Source: Minisyncoccota bacterium (GTDB taxonomy: Bacteria; Patescibacteriota; Minisyncoccia; Phycocordibacterales; UBA2100). Taken from it: 64,000 bases of DNA. A model generated the notes under the pieces. That model was not told the origin of the DNA. It was given only the letters and a program-made list of their open reading frames with translations, and made no database searches. This document shows positions 8,481-16,817 of the stretch, one piece after another. The stretch lies in assembly GCA_035708165.1 (NCBI GenBank), contig DASSSZ010000001.1:230884-294883 (forward strand). The letters run 5' to 3'. A program made the translations under genes and the position numbers. The number at the start of each line of letters is the position of its first letter. Within the stretch, counting starts at the first letter, position 1.

Positions 8481-10522
8481 TGAACAACCGAGACGGGCGC
8501 CAGCACGAACAGCGCCGCAACCATCAGCACCATCAGTATCGCGACCGCTCAAGCGCGCCCTCGCGCGGCCCTGCCCCCGCTGCCGGCACCGAGTACGAAG
8601 GCGTCATCGCGGTCACCAGGAAAGGCGTCGGCTACTTCTCGCACGAGACGCTCCCGGAGGATCTCGAGATCGATCCCGGGAAGCTCAACTGCGCGCTGAA
8701 CGGCGACACGGTGATCGTGAAGGTCGCCGGCTACTCGCCGCGCGGCCGCCTGCAGGGCGAGGTCGCGAAGGTCGTCGCGCGCGCGACGACGCAGTTCGTC
8801 GGCACGCTCGTCGAGGAGAACGGGTTCCTGATCCTCCATCCCGACAACCAGCGCGTCTATATCCATATCCGCATCCCCGAGAGCGGGCGCACGCCCGAGG
8901 CGAAGGAGGGCTACAAGGCGCTGGTCGCGCTCGATGCATGGACTGATCCCCTCTCGCCGCCCATGGGCCGCGTCATCCGCGTGCTGGGGCCGGCGGGCCT
9001 CCACGAGACGGAGATGCAGGCCACGCTCGCGGCCCACGGCTTCGTGCCGGCATTCCCGCCCGCCGTCGAGCGCGAGGCCGAGGCGATCGCTGCCAGAGGC
9101 GCGGTATCCGCAGCGGACTATGCCGAGCGCCGCGATTTCCGCGATATCCTCACCTTCACGATCGACCCGACCGACGCGAAGGACTTCGACGACGCGCTCT
9201 CGTTCCAGGCGCTCGGCGACGGCGCGTGCGAGGTCGGCATCCACATCGCCGACGTGACCAACTACGTCCGCCCGGGCACGGCGCTCGATGCCGAAGCGCG
9301 CCATCGCGCGACGTCCGTCTACCTCGTGGACCGCACCATCCCGATGCTGCCGGAGGCGCTCAGCAACAACCTCTGCTCGCTCGTGCCGCACGAGGAGCGC
9401 CTCGCCTTCTCCGCCGTCTTCACCGTCGCGCATGACGGGCAGGTGACGGAGCGCTGGTTCGGCAAGTCGGTCATCCGCTCCGCGCACCGCTTCACGTATG
9501 AGAGCGCGCAGGAATCGCTCGATGGGAAGAGCGACGTGCATCGCGAAGCGCTCGCCGAGCTCGACCGCCTGGCGCAGATCCTGCGCCAGGAGCGCACCGC
9601 GAACGGCGCCATCTCCTTCGAGACGGATGAGGTGCGCTTCGAGCTCGACGCGGACGGCAAGCCGATCCGCGTGTACGTGAAGGAGCGCCTCGAGACGATG
9701 CGGATGATCGAGGATTGGATGCTGCTGGCGAACAAGGAGGTCGCCGAATTCATCAGCAGGAAAGCGCACGAGGACCGCGCGAGCGGCAAGGCGACCGATG
9801 AGACCTTCATCTATCGCATCCACGACGAGCCGGACACCGACCGCATCGAGGACCTCAAGATCTTCCTCCATGCGATCGGCCACGACCTCGGGCATAAGGA
9901 TGCCGCGAGCATCACAGGGCGCGACGTCAACAGGCTCCTCGCCGAAGTGCGGGGCACGCCGGAAGAGGCCGTCGTCCAGATGGCGACCCTGCGCTCGATG
10001 GCAAAGGCCGTATACAGCCATAAGAATGTCGGGCACTTCAGCCTCGGCTTCAAGCATTACACCCACTTCACCTCCCCCATCCGCCGCTACCCTGACATGA
10101 TGGTGCACCGCATCCTCGAGAGCCACCTGCACGGCGAGCCGCTCTCAGCGCATGAGCTCGAGAGCTACCGCACGGCAGCGATCCACTCGAGCGAACGCGA
10201 GGTGGAAGCCGTAGCAGCCGAGCGCGACTCGGTGAAGTACAAGCAGGTCGAGTTCATGCTGGGCAAGATCGGCCAGGAGTTCGATGGCGTCATCACCGGC
10301 GTCGGCGAGCACGGCGTCTTCGTCGCGGAGAAAGAGAGCCGCGCCGAGGGCATGGCGCACGTCTCCACGCTCGGCAACGACTACTTCGAGCTCGATCGGA
10401 AGCACTACTCGATGGTGGGCCGCTCGAGCGGCAAGAAATTCCGCCTCGGCGACGCGGTCAGGATCAAGCTCCTCGCCGCCGACCTTGAGAGCCGCCAGCT
10501 TGATTGGGGCATCGTCTCCTAG
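8481..10522 (+). CDS. rnr: ribonuclease R (RNB-family 3'-5' exoribonuclease with C-terminal S1 domain)
   Basis: CSD-like N-terminus (EYEGVIAVTRKGVGYF), RNB core (DFRDILTFTIDPTDAKDFDDALS..HIADVTNYV) and S1 domain at the C-terminus. The track start at 8357 abuts the divergent rpsP start, so the true start is probably the GTG near 8481. Confidence 0.88.
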
Positions 10523-10525
10523 CGG

Positions 10526-12721
10526 TCACTTCGCCACGGCCTGCGCCTCCTCGAGCTTCACCGAGAGGAGCTTCGAGACGCCATCGGCGCCCATGGTGAC
10601 TCCGTAGAGCTCGCCTGCCGCCGCCATCGTCGCGCGGTTATGCGTGATCACGATGAGCTGGCTGCGCTTCGCGAGCGTCTCCATGATCTGCGCATAGCGG
10701 CGCGAGTTCGCTTCGTCGAGCGCCGCGTCGGTCTCGTCGAGGATCAGGAAGGGCGGCGGGTTCACCTGGCTCATCGCGAAGATGAGCGCGATCGAGGTAA
10801 GCGCGCGCTCGCCGCCGGAGAGGGTCTCGAGCCCGCGCGCCTGCTTCTTCGGGAGCTGAACGGAGACGGCGAGCCCGGCGGGCTGCGCCTCCGCATCCCC
10901 GTCGGCCTGCGGCTTCGCCGCCTCGAGCGTGAGCGATGCAGTGCCGCCGCCGAAGAGCTGCGCGAAGTAGGCGCTGAATTCCTTCTGGATGAGCGCGAGC
11001 CCGTTACGGAAGCGCTCGTCGATGGATGACTCGAGCTCCGCGATGATCTCTCGCAGCTGCTCGGCCGAGCGCGAGAGGTCCTCGGTCTCGCGCGCCAGGA
11101 ACTCGTCGCGCTCTTTCGTCTCGCGGTACTCCTTCATCACTTCGTCCGCGTTGCCGCCGCGGTACTCCTCGATGCGCACCTTCAGCCGCTCGATCTCGCG
11201 CCGGCGATCCTCCTGCAGGCGGCGATCCTCCGAGGCGGCTTCCGGCGGGACCGGCTCGCTCTGGTAGCTCATCGTGCGGCCGCCGATCAGGGCGACGCCT
11301 TCGCGCACCTCTTCCTCGAAGCGCTCGCGCGAGCGCGCGAGGTCCGCGAGCGCGGCATCGGCACGCGCGAGGGCCGCTTCCGTCTCGCGCAGCTCGCCCG
11401 TCTTCGCGATGAGATCCCGCTGCGCCGCATGGAACGCCTCGCGGCCTTCGTCGGCCTTCGCCTGAAGCGCTGCGAGCGCCTGCTCGCGCTCGCGCTCGTC
11501 CACCTGCGCGTTCTCGAATTCCATCATCAGCGCCTGCACCGTGTTCGCTGCATCATGCGCGGCATCCGCCATGGGCGAGCGCGCGTCCGTGCGATCGCCG
11601 ATCTCGCGGCGGAATGCCGCGACGCGATCTGCCACCTTCGCGAGCGCGTCGTGCGCGGCGGGCAGGCTCTCGGCCGCGCGCGCAGCGTCGATCCCGCGCT
11701 CGATATCATCCGCGAACGCCCGCGCTGCCTCTGCAGCGATCGCTTCGGCGGGCGAGCTCGGGCGCGCGACAGCGGCGCGCAGCGCAGAGAGCTCCCCTTC
11801 GGCGCGGCCGAGCGCGCGGGATGCTTCTTCGCGCGCGGCGCGCGCGGCGCTGAGCGCCTCCTTCGCCGCCTGCACGGCCGGGTCTTCCTCGGCGCCCGCG
11901 CCGGGTTCGTGCGCCGCCACGGTCGCCTGCGCCTGCGCGAGTGCGCGCGTGAGGCCGGCGAGCCGGTCGGCGAGCGCATGCCGCTCGCTGGTCGCGCGCG
12001 CGTTCTCACGAGTGAGGTAGCCGTGCTCGCGCGCTAGGTAGGTCGCGAGCTTCCCCGAGAGCGAATCCGCGAGCTCCTTTGCCGCTTCGATGCGCTCCAT
12101 CTGCTTGCCGAGGTAGCGCAGGTGCGGCGCGAGCTCGCGGCGCAGCGAGCCGACTTCGTGCAGGTTGCGGTCGGTCTCCTCGAGCTTCTTCTCGCTCTCT
12201 ATCTTCTTGCTCTGGAAGAGCTTGAGGCCGAGCGCTTCCTCGACCATCTCGCGCCGCTCGCGCGGCGATGCCGCGAGCACGCGGTCCGCTTCGCCTTGGG
12301 AGATGATGTGGTAGCCGGATGCGCCGACGTTCGCCTGCGCGAGGAGCTGCGCGACATCCCGCAGGCGCACCGGGCTGCCGTTGATCGAGTACTCGTTTGC
12401 GCCGTCGCGGAAGACGGCGCGCTCGATCACGACCTCGGGGAAATCGAGCGGGAGCGCGTGGCTCTCGTTATCGAAGACGACCTTCACCGATGCGCGGTTC
12501 GCGCGCGGCGCCTGCGAGCTCCCCGCCCAGATGAGGTCCTCCCCCTTCTTGCTGCGCATCGATTTCATCGACTGCTCGCCGAGCACGAAGCGGAACGCCT
12601 CGGCGACGTTGCTCTTGCCCGAGCCGTTCGGCCCCACGACCGCGACGATCGGCGAGCTGAACGAGAGCTCGCTCTTGCGGCCGAAGGATTTGAATCCCGA
12701 GAGCTCGATGGATTTCAGCAT
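10526..12721 (-). CDS. smc: SMC-family chromosome segregation ATPase, short form (731 aa), no recognisable hinge
   Basis: N-terminus MLKSIELSGFKSFG...VVGPNGSGKSN (Walker A). C-terminus LSGGERALTSIALIFAMSQ..FLILDETDAALD (signature plus Walker B). Long Ala/Glu/Arg-rich coiled coil between them. Confidence 0.85.
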   Translation of the reverse strand: MLKSIELSGFKSFGRKSELSFSSPIVAVVGPNGSGKSNVAEAFRFVLGEQSMKSMRSKKGEDLIWAGSSQAPRANRASVKVVFDNESHALPLDFPEVVIERAVFRDGANEYSINGSPVRLRDVAQLLAQANVGASGYHIISQGEADRVLAASPRERREMVEEALGLKLFQSKKIESEKKLEETDRNLHEVGSLRRELAPHLRYLGKQMERIEAAKELADSLSGKLATYLAREHGYLTRENARATSERHALADRLAGLTRALAQAQATVAAHEPGAGAEEDPAVQAAKEALSAARAAREEASRALGRAEGELSALRAAVARPSSPAEAIAAEAARAFADDIERGIDAARAAESLPAAHDALAKVADRVAAFRREIGDRTDARSPMADAAHDAANTVQALMMEFENAQVDEREREQALAALQAKADEGREAFHAAQRDLIAKTGELRETEAALARADAALADLARSRERFEEEVREGVALIGGRTMSYQSEPVPPEAASEDRRLQEDRRREIERLKVRIEEYRGGNADEVMKEYRETKERDEFLARETEDLSRSAEQLREIIAELESSIDERFRNGLALIQKEFSAYFAQLFGGGTASLTLEAAKPQADGDAEAQPAGLAVSVQLPKKQARGLETLSGGERALTSIALIFAMSQVNPPPFLILDETDAALDEANSRRYAQIMETLAKRSQLIVITHNRATMAAAGELYGVTMGADGVSKLLSVKLEEAQAVAK

Positions 12722-12748
12722 GCGTCACCATTGTATCAAACGAAAGGA

Positions 12749-12777
12749 AGGACGGGCGCATGCATGATGCGTCCGTC
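12749..12777 (-). terminator. hairpin GGACGGGCGCATG..CATGATGCGTCCGTCC followed by a T-rich tract on the minus strand
   Basis: Imperfect palindrome 28 nt upstream of the smc start codon; would terminate an upstream minus-strand transcript. Confidence 0.35.
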
Positions 12778-13048
12778 CTAGCGCCGGGGGCGGGAGCGGC
12801 GAAGCTGGTGTATGATCCCGGAATCTACCAGCATGCCTCGCCTGCCGTTGACGATAAGCCCCAATGAGCGGAGCAGCTGATCGTGCCGCATCATCGATCC
12901 TTTCACCCGTATCCTGCCGATCCGACGGCGGGATTTCTTCTTCATCGTGCCCGTTGCCTCCTTGGTGAGGGCCGCTTCGTACGGTATACCACGCGTGCGG
13001 CTTGGCCGCCATGCATGAAAGAGCGGGCGCCGTGGGCGCCCGCCAGTG

Positions 13049-13294
13049 TCAGAGCCGGATGACCGGATCCTTCTCATCCTTCTCGAGATAGCTCTCCTCT
13101 AGCTTTGCATCGTGCGAGACGGCGTACATGCCATCCCGCATGACGACACGGCCGTTCGCGCGCATGAGCTTGCCTTGCATCGCGAGCTCGAACACGCCTT
13201 TGGACGTCAGTCGCAGCCAGAGCACTCGGGATTTCTGAGTCTGCTCCATCGCATCGGAACCTCCTTCGGTACGGTCCCCTACTGGCACCATCAT
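13049..13294 (-). CDS. hypothetical small protein
   Basis: In-frame tail of track ORF 13049..13426 downstream of rnc (MEQTQKSRVLWLRLTSKGVFELAMQGKLMRANGRVVMRDGMYAV). A GC hairpin (13019..13042) follows the stop. No homology recognised. Confidence 0.3.
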   Translation of the reverse strand: MMVPVGDRTEGGSDAMEQTQKSRVLWLRLTSKGVFELAMQGKLMRANGRVVMRDGMYAVSHDAKLEESYLEKDEKDPVIRL

Positions 13295-13334
13295 AGCCCC
13301 GAAGGCGCCTTGACGGCTATCTGATTGCGTCGCG

Positions 13335-14024
13335 CTACCAGCCCTTCGCTGCGAGCGCAGCTTCCGCAGCGGCTTGTTCCGCCTCCTGCTTCGAATTCCC
13401 TTCGCCTTGAGCGATGAGTTCTTCATTGAGAAAGACGCCGGAGACGAAGACCTTGTCGTGATCCGGGCCGCGCTCCTCGAGGAGCTCGTAGGAAGGCGTC
13501 ACGCTCTCCTTCTCCTGCGAGAGCTCCTGGAAGCGGCTCTTCGGATCCTGCCAGAGGCGCTTCGCGACCATCTCATCGGTCTTATAGAAGAGATTGTCCG
13601 CGATGAACTGCTTCGCCCCGTCGTACCCCTGATCGAGGTAGAGCGCCCCGATGAACGCCTCGAAGGTGTTCGCGAGGATGTACTGGCGCGCGCGGCCCGT
13701 GTCCTTCGCCTCGCCTTTCGAGAGGCGGAGGTACTCGTTCATGCCGAGCTTGTCCGCCGCGTCCGAGATCGAGATCGTGTTCACCAGCGCCGCGCGGTAG
13801 GCGGTGAGCTCGCCTTCGGTCGCCTCGGGATACTTGTGGAAGAGGAAATCGGTCATCACGAGCTCGAGGACCGCGTCGCCGAGGAACTCCAGGCGCTCGT
13901 TATGCTCGATCTGCTCCTCGCGATGCTCATTGACGTACGAGCGGTGCGTGAAGGCCTGCCGGATCAGCGTCTCGTCGGCGAACGACGCGACGCCGATCTT
14001 GCGTAAGAAGGGCTCGAATTCCAT
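13335..14024 (-). CDS. rnc: ribonuclease III
   Basis: ERLEFLGDAVLELVMTDFLF (RNase III signature) plus a C-terminal dsRBD. Confidence 0.95.
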   Translation of the reverse strand: MEFEPFLRKIGVASFADETLIRQAFTHRSYVNEHREEQIEHNERLEFLGDAVLELVMTDFLFHKYPEATEGELTAYRAALVNTISISDAADKLGMNEYLRLSKGEAKDTGRARQYILANTFEAFIGALYLDQGYDGAKQFIADNLFYKTDEMVAKRLWQDPKSRFQELSQEKESVTPSYELLEERGPDHDKVFVSGVFLNEELIAQGEGNSKQEAEQAAAEAALAAKGW

Positions 14025-14035
14025 GCGGCGGCAGA

Positions 14036-14986
14036 TTACTCCTTTTCGCCCTTGCGCGCAATAAGGAGGGTGATCGCGTTCGTCACGATCGGAAGGATAT
14101 CATCATAGAAATTAAGGTCGCCCACGCGCGCGAGCGGGAACCACTGCGCGTCGTCGAGGCCGCCTTCGCGCTTGAGCGTAAGGTCATCGAAGGGAGACCG
14201 CACCAGGAAGTACTGCGCGTGGCGGCGCTTCTTGCCGTGCTCAGGGTCATTCGCGATGTACTCGTTCTCTCCCAGCCGGTCCTCCACCGTGCCGGGCAGG
14301 CCGATCTCCTCCTTCACCTTGCGCAGGACGCCGTCCTCCGGCTTCTCATCCGGCAGGAGCTTGCCCTTGCTGAGGGTCCAATGGCCGAAGATGTCATGCA
14401 CGAGCGCGAGATAGATGTCGGTCCCCTCGACGGCATAGACGATCGCGCCTACGAGCTGCTCGAGATGCATCTGCTCGTACGGGATCTGCTTCTTCTTCGA
14501 GACCTCGTCCTTGCCCGGCTCGCCGAGCTCGACGTAGACCGCGCCGAGGACGCCGTTCACGAAGCGGCTGCTGGTCTCGCTGCCGAATGTCTTGGCAAGC
14601 TCGATCGCCTCGTTGATGGCGACCTTCGCCGGCACCTGCGTGCGATCGGCATAGAGGAGCTCCGCGAGCCCGAGGCGCAGGATATTGCGATCGATGACCG
14701 AGATCTTCTCGATCGGCCATTCGGGTGCGGCCTTCTCGATGACAGCATCCAGCTCCGAGCGCTTCGCGGTCACGGTAGAGAGGAGCTCCTGCATGAACGG
14801 CTCGTCGGCGACGCCCTGGCCGAACTCCTCCGTATTCGCCGCTAGCCGCTCCATGAGCGCGTCCTGGGCCATGGTGCATCCGGCGGAATCCCATTCGAAG
14901 AGGGTCTGGAGAACGATGGATCGCGACCGGTGCCGATTCGCCATATGTCTTGCTGCCAGTGTGCCTGCTTGGCGGCCGATGCGCAA
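14036..14986 (-). CDS. nusB: NusB (transcription antitermination) fused to a C-terminal NUDIX hydrolase domain
   Basis: N-terminal half: RSRSIVLQTLFEWD...SSRFVNGVLGAV (NusB). C-terminal half: GVLRKVKEEIGLPG (Nudix box GX5EX7REVXEEXGU) with DAQWFPL. The likely real start is MANRHRS near 14944. Confidence 0.85.
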   Translation of the reverse strand: MRIGRQAGTLAARHMANRHRSRSIVLQTLFEWDSAGCTMAQDALMERLAANTEEFGQGVADEPFMQELLSTVTAKRSELDAVIEKAAPEWPIEKISVIDRNILRLGLAELLYADRTQVPAKVAINEAIELAKTFGSETSSRFVNGVLGAVYVELGEPGKDEVSKKKQIPYEQMHLEQLVGAIVYAVEGTDIYLALVHDIFGHWTLSKGKLLPDEKPEDGVLRKVKEEIGLPGTVEDRLGENEYIANDPEHGKKRRHAQYFLVRSPFDDLTLKREGGLDDAQWFPLARVGDLNFYDDILPIVTNAITLLIARKGEKE

Positions 14987-15026
14987 GTGTGCACAACAGC
15001 GAGGCCCGCTCTCGCGGGCCGTGTCG

Positions 15027-15320
15027 TTACTTCTGCTCGTCGTGCGAGTGGTCGTGCTCGTCGGCGCCCCCCTCGGAGGCGGACGTCATGCCGAGCTCGG
15101 CAAGGAGCTGCTCGCGGCGCTTCGTGCGGCGCTGCGTGCGCTCCGTGCGGGCGACGACATCGATCACCTGCTTGCCGCGGTACATCCCGCAGGCCTGGCA
15201 GGCGGTGTGGCGCACATGCATCGCCCCGCACGCGCACTGCGTGAGGCGCGGCTCGGGAAGCGCGTGGTGCGACCGGCGGTTGCCGGTATGCCCCTTGGTG
15301 CTACGCATGCGATTGACCAT
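15027..15320 (-). CDS. rpmF: 50S ribosomal protein L32 with acidic/His C-terminal extension
   Basis: MVNRMRSTKGHTGNRRSHHALPEP..C.C...RHTACQACGMYRGKQV matches the L32 zinc-ribbon pattern. Tail is SEGGADEHDHSHDEQK. Confidence 0.85.
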   Translation of the reverse strand: MVNRMRSTKGHTGNRRSHHALPEPRLTQCACGAMHVRHTACQACGMYRGKQVIDVVARTERTQRRTKRREQLLAELGMTSASEGGADEHDHSHDEQK

Positions 15321-15414
15321 AGTGCTGCGCAGTATACCGGTTTTCCTGCCGATGGCAAGGCCCCCAAAAGGAAGCCGCCGCGCTGATGCGCGGCGGCGTT
15401 CGGGGCTACGCTGC

Positions 15415-15678
15415 TCATGCCGCCGCCCCGGGGAGCGGGGTCCGACGGTTATGCTCCTCGACGGTCGCCTGGAGCGCCTGCTCGATGCGCCGGTCCCCTT
15501 CGGGGCCTGAAAGGTCGATCAGCGGTATCCCGCTCGCATGGCAGCCGGCACGCTGGACGCCGTAGCGGCCGCACCGGCCGCGGTCCTCCCGGAGCGTGCA
15601 GACGGCGCAGAGCCGCAGCGCGTCGGGCGGGTAGGAGCCGCTCGCGCTCACGACCTGCATCAGCTGTTCGTCAGTCAT
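15415..15678 (-). CDS. small Cys4 zinc-ribbon protein in the YceD/DUF177 position upstream of rpmF
   Basis: 87 aa with CAVC..(9)..C..(9)..C and high GC3. Too short for a canonical DUF177, so the assignment is positional only. Confidence 0.35.
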   Translation of the reverse strand: MTDEQLMQVVSASGSYPPDALRLCAVCTLREDRGRCGRYGVQRAGCHASGIPLIDLSGPEGDRRIEQALQATVEEHNRRTPLPGAAA

Positions 15679-15741
15679 TCAAGGCACCTCTGCCGCTTCG
15701 TTCCAGAACAATGCCGCGCGATGCGCGGACCGCATACGAGG

Positions 15742-16344
15742 CTACACCTCTTCCGCTTTCGCGGTCAAGCCGGTTATGAACGTGAGCCGGTGGACGCGCG
15801 GGATCGGGCCATGCGCGCGCAAGCGCTCCTGGTGGAGCTTCGTGCCATACCCTTTATGGCGCTCGAAGCCGTAGAGCGGGTGCTCCTGCGCGAGGCGCAC
15901 CATATAGCGGTCGCGCGTGACCTTCGCCATGATGCTCGCGAGCGCGATCGCCGGGAACCGCTCGTCCCCTTTCGTATGCTGTTCCTGCCGCCAGGCGGCG
16001 GGCAGGCTGATCCCGCGGTCGAGCAGCACCTCGGCGTCTGCCGTGCGGATCGAAAGCGACGCGATCGCCCGCTGCGCCGCATCGAGGATCGCGGGGACGA
16101 TGCCATCCGCATCGATCGTGGCGGCGTCCGAGAGCGCAACGGCGCTCCGCACGTGCGGATCGCCCGCAAGGGCGCCATACCAGGTCTCGCGCTGCTTCTC
16201 CGTCAGCTGCTTGCTGTCCTTCAATCCCGCCCAGCACGACCACGCGGCACGCGCTGCAGGCAGCGCGACCGCGCCGACCGCGACCGGGCCCGCCAAAGGG
16301 CCGCGGCCCGCTTTGTCGATGCCGATGATCCATTCCGGTTCCAT
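15742..16344 (-). CDS. rnhB: ribonuclease HII
   Basis: Internal start MEPEWIIGIDKAGRGPLAGPV (RNase HII DEAGRG motif). The upstream 23 aa of the track ORF are unlikely to be coding. Confidence 0.92.
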   Translation of the reverse strand: MEPEWIIGIDKAGRGPLAGPVAVGAVALPAARAAWSCWAGLKDSKQLTEKQRETWYGALAGDPHVRSAVALSDAATIDADGIVPAILDAAQRAIASLSIRTADAEVLLDRGISLPAAWRQEQHTKGDERFPAIALASIMAKVTRDRYMVRLAQEHPLYGFERHKGYGTKLHQERLRAHGPIPRVHRLTFITGLTAKAEEV

Positions 16345-16409
16345 CCCGGCATCATAGCAAACGGCCGCCCTCCGGGGCGGCCGTATCATGCCTGGCAGCG
16401 AGAGTGAGC

Positions 16410-16747
16410 TCACGTGCCGTTCGGGTCATCGAACGCGCGGATGCCTTCGAGCTTCTCGCGGATCTCCGTGCTCGAGGCAGTACCGAGCAATCGCTGCATG
16501 GTTCTCTCGCGATGCTCTTCCTCCGGGCTCGGCGGAAGCCGCCTCACGACATCCCACAGGTCGGGATAGTCCGCATCATAGGGGCCGATGCCGCGCGAAC
16601 GCGCCGCTTCGCGCTGGCGCACGAGCTCGCGCGACGCGTAGCGCGCCCGGTAGTCCGCGTCATGCACGAGCAGGTACGCTTTCGCCCGTTCGCATCGCCA
16701 TGCCCGGTACCGGCACTGCAGCTGCCGGAATAATCGTGCACCATCCA
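16410..16747 (-). CDS. hypothetical protein (about 112 aa), divergent from dnaE
   Basis: The in-frame MDGARLF.. tail of track ORF 16410..17609. The rest of that ORF is an antisense shadow of dnaE. No homology. Confidence 0.3.
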
Positions 16748-16817
16748 TTGAGGGACCTCCCTGTTCACTGCCGTGCACTCTACTCCATTTGCTATACTTC
16801 CACCATCCTGCGTGCGC

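Noticed and set aside
8549-10132. 527-aa minus-strand ORF inside rnr
   Set aside because: Shadow of the RNase R gene (plus strand has RNB and S1 motifs); the product is Arg/Ala-rich low complexity.
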